Shown here in pieces: positions 62,970 through 64,000 of a DNA stretch of 64,000 bases. Position 1 is the stretch's first letter. Each line of letters opens with the position of its first letter. The translations under genes were made by a program, and so were the position numbers. This stretch comes from Ginglymostoma cirratum (lineage: Eukaryota). The stretch is taken from contig JAHRHZ010000009.1 of NCBI GenBank assembly GCA_024137785.1, forward strand, positions 42,058,810 to 42,122,809, given 5' to 3'. The notes under the pieces were generated by a model that did no database searches, had not been told where the DNA came from, and saw only the letters and a list, made by a program, of their open reading frames with translations.

Positions 62970-63182
62970 GGTCAACCTGCTCAGGCGTGTTATGACACAC
63001 CTCTGTTAGGAGTTGAACTCAGACCTTCTGGTCCTAAGTTAGGGACTATTTCACAAGACCTCTTTATAGTTTTAAAATCATCCTGTTAAGAGATGTTATA
63101 ACGTTACTCTGAAGCATGTGGGATTTGAAACCAGATCACTTAGTTCAAAGGCAAAGATACTACCACTGCATCATAAGACCTC
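62970..63182 (-). mobile_element. Head-to-tail pair of short tRNA-derived SINE units
   Basis: Both minus-strand units start gaggtctt, carry a B-box-like ggtttcaaatcc / gagttcaactcc, and end cagag...tcataaca....aacaggNtga. Confidence 0.6.
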
Positions 63183-64000
63183 TTACCGATCCTTTTACAT
63201 TATTATTAAAGGTATCACACCTACACAAATTAGCTATTCATGATTAACTAAGATGATAAATCCCAAAACATGGATCTTTTCAAGGACCCTTTCAAAGTAC
63301 GAGTTTCCAAGTCGGCTGTTTAAATGTGACACGTCATTCTGCTTAAGGCTAATTGAAGATGACACTCAATCTTAATTGGTAATTAATTGGCATCTGTTAA
63401 TATGAAGATGTCACAGAACTTTGTTTAACACAGATCTTTTTCTTAATGCAAAAATTAATCCATTTCACAAAATCCCTACAATGTGATCAAGAATGGTCAG
63501 TTTTATTCATTACATCACTTACCATCTTAATTAGATGTAATTTTGTCACAGTCAAGTGCTTTTACATTCAACTAAGCAGAAAATATTCCATTTTAGCTAA
63601 TGAGTACTTTAGAAATATATACTTTATTTTTGCCTTGTAGTTCATGTTAATTTATTGTCTAATAGCAAAATTACAAACTATCAAGGAATCTATTTCATCA
63701 GTTGCTTAATTTCCTTCTGAAAAAAATGAGGGTGCAAGAACACAAATGAATGTCAGACAAGAATCCTGGGGTGAGATATGTTTGTCATGCACTCATTAAC
63801 AATCAGAGGGTGCCTGAGGGCATTTAGTATAAATTGCGCTCCTTCCTCTTTCAGGCAGCTGCTAATTCATTTCTCCCTTAGCTGCAGGAGGTTACTGCTC
63901 TGGAACTATCTCTAAGAATGTCAGAGGAACCCGTAGGGCTTATCCGTCAAGGAACACAGGACAACTGTAAATCTGTCTCACTGACTATATACCCAGATTT

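Noticed and set aside
1-64000. LINE strand bias that would indicate an intron of a large gene
   Set aside because: CR1 fragments occur in roughly similar numbers on both strands, so intronic versus intergenic status cannot be decided.

Overview
This window is eukaryotic, AT-rich and gene-poor, and almost certainly comes from a cartilaginous fish (shark). The evidence is HE1/V-SINEs, Deu-domain SINEs, shark-type CR1 LINEs and Penelope ends. Roughly half or more of it is decayed, nested retroelement debris: CR1 LINEs on both strands, a second CR1/L2-group LINE with its partner SINE, one Rex1/Babar LINE, an L2 fragment, and at least four Penelope-like (PLE) families with GIY-YIG remnants, hammerhead-ribozyme-like cores and foldback derivatives. 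There are also two LTR-retrotransposon remnants with tRNA primer-binding sites. I found no intact CDS, no rRNA or tRNA gene, no CRISPR array and no prokaryotic system. Most listed ORFs are TE fragments or chance ORFs. The best leads are: (1) a triplicated tRNA-Pro-complementary motif behind an LTR end at about 61.15-61.27 kb; (2) GC-rich non-coding elements with Rex1-type 3' tails; (3) PLE foldbacks with readable target-site duplications (TSDs); (4) a weak candidate signal-peptide exon at 45.28 kb. Family names come from recalled consensus motifs, not database searches. Most boundaries are approximate (within a few tens of bp).
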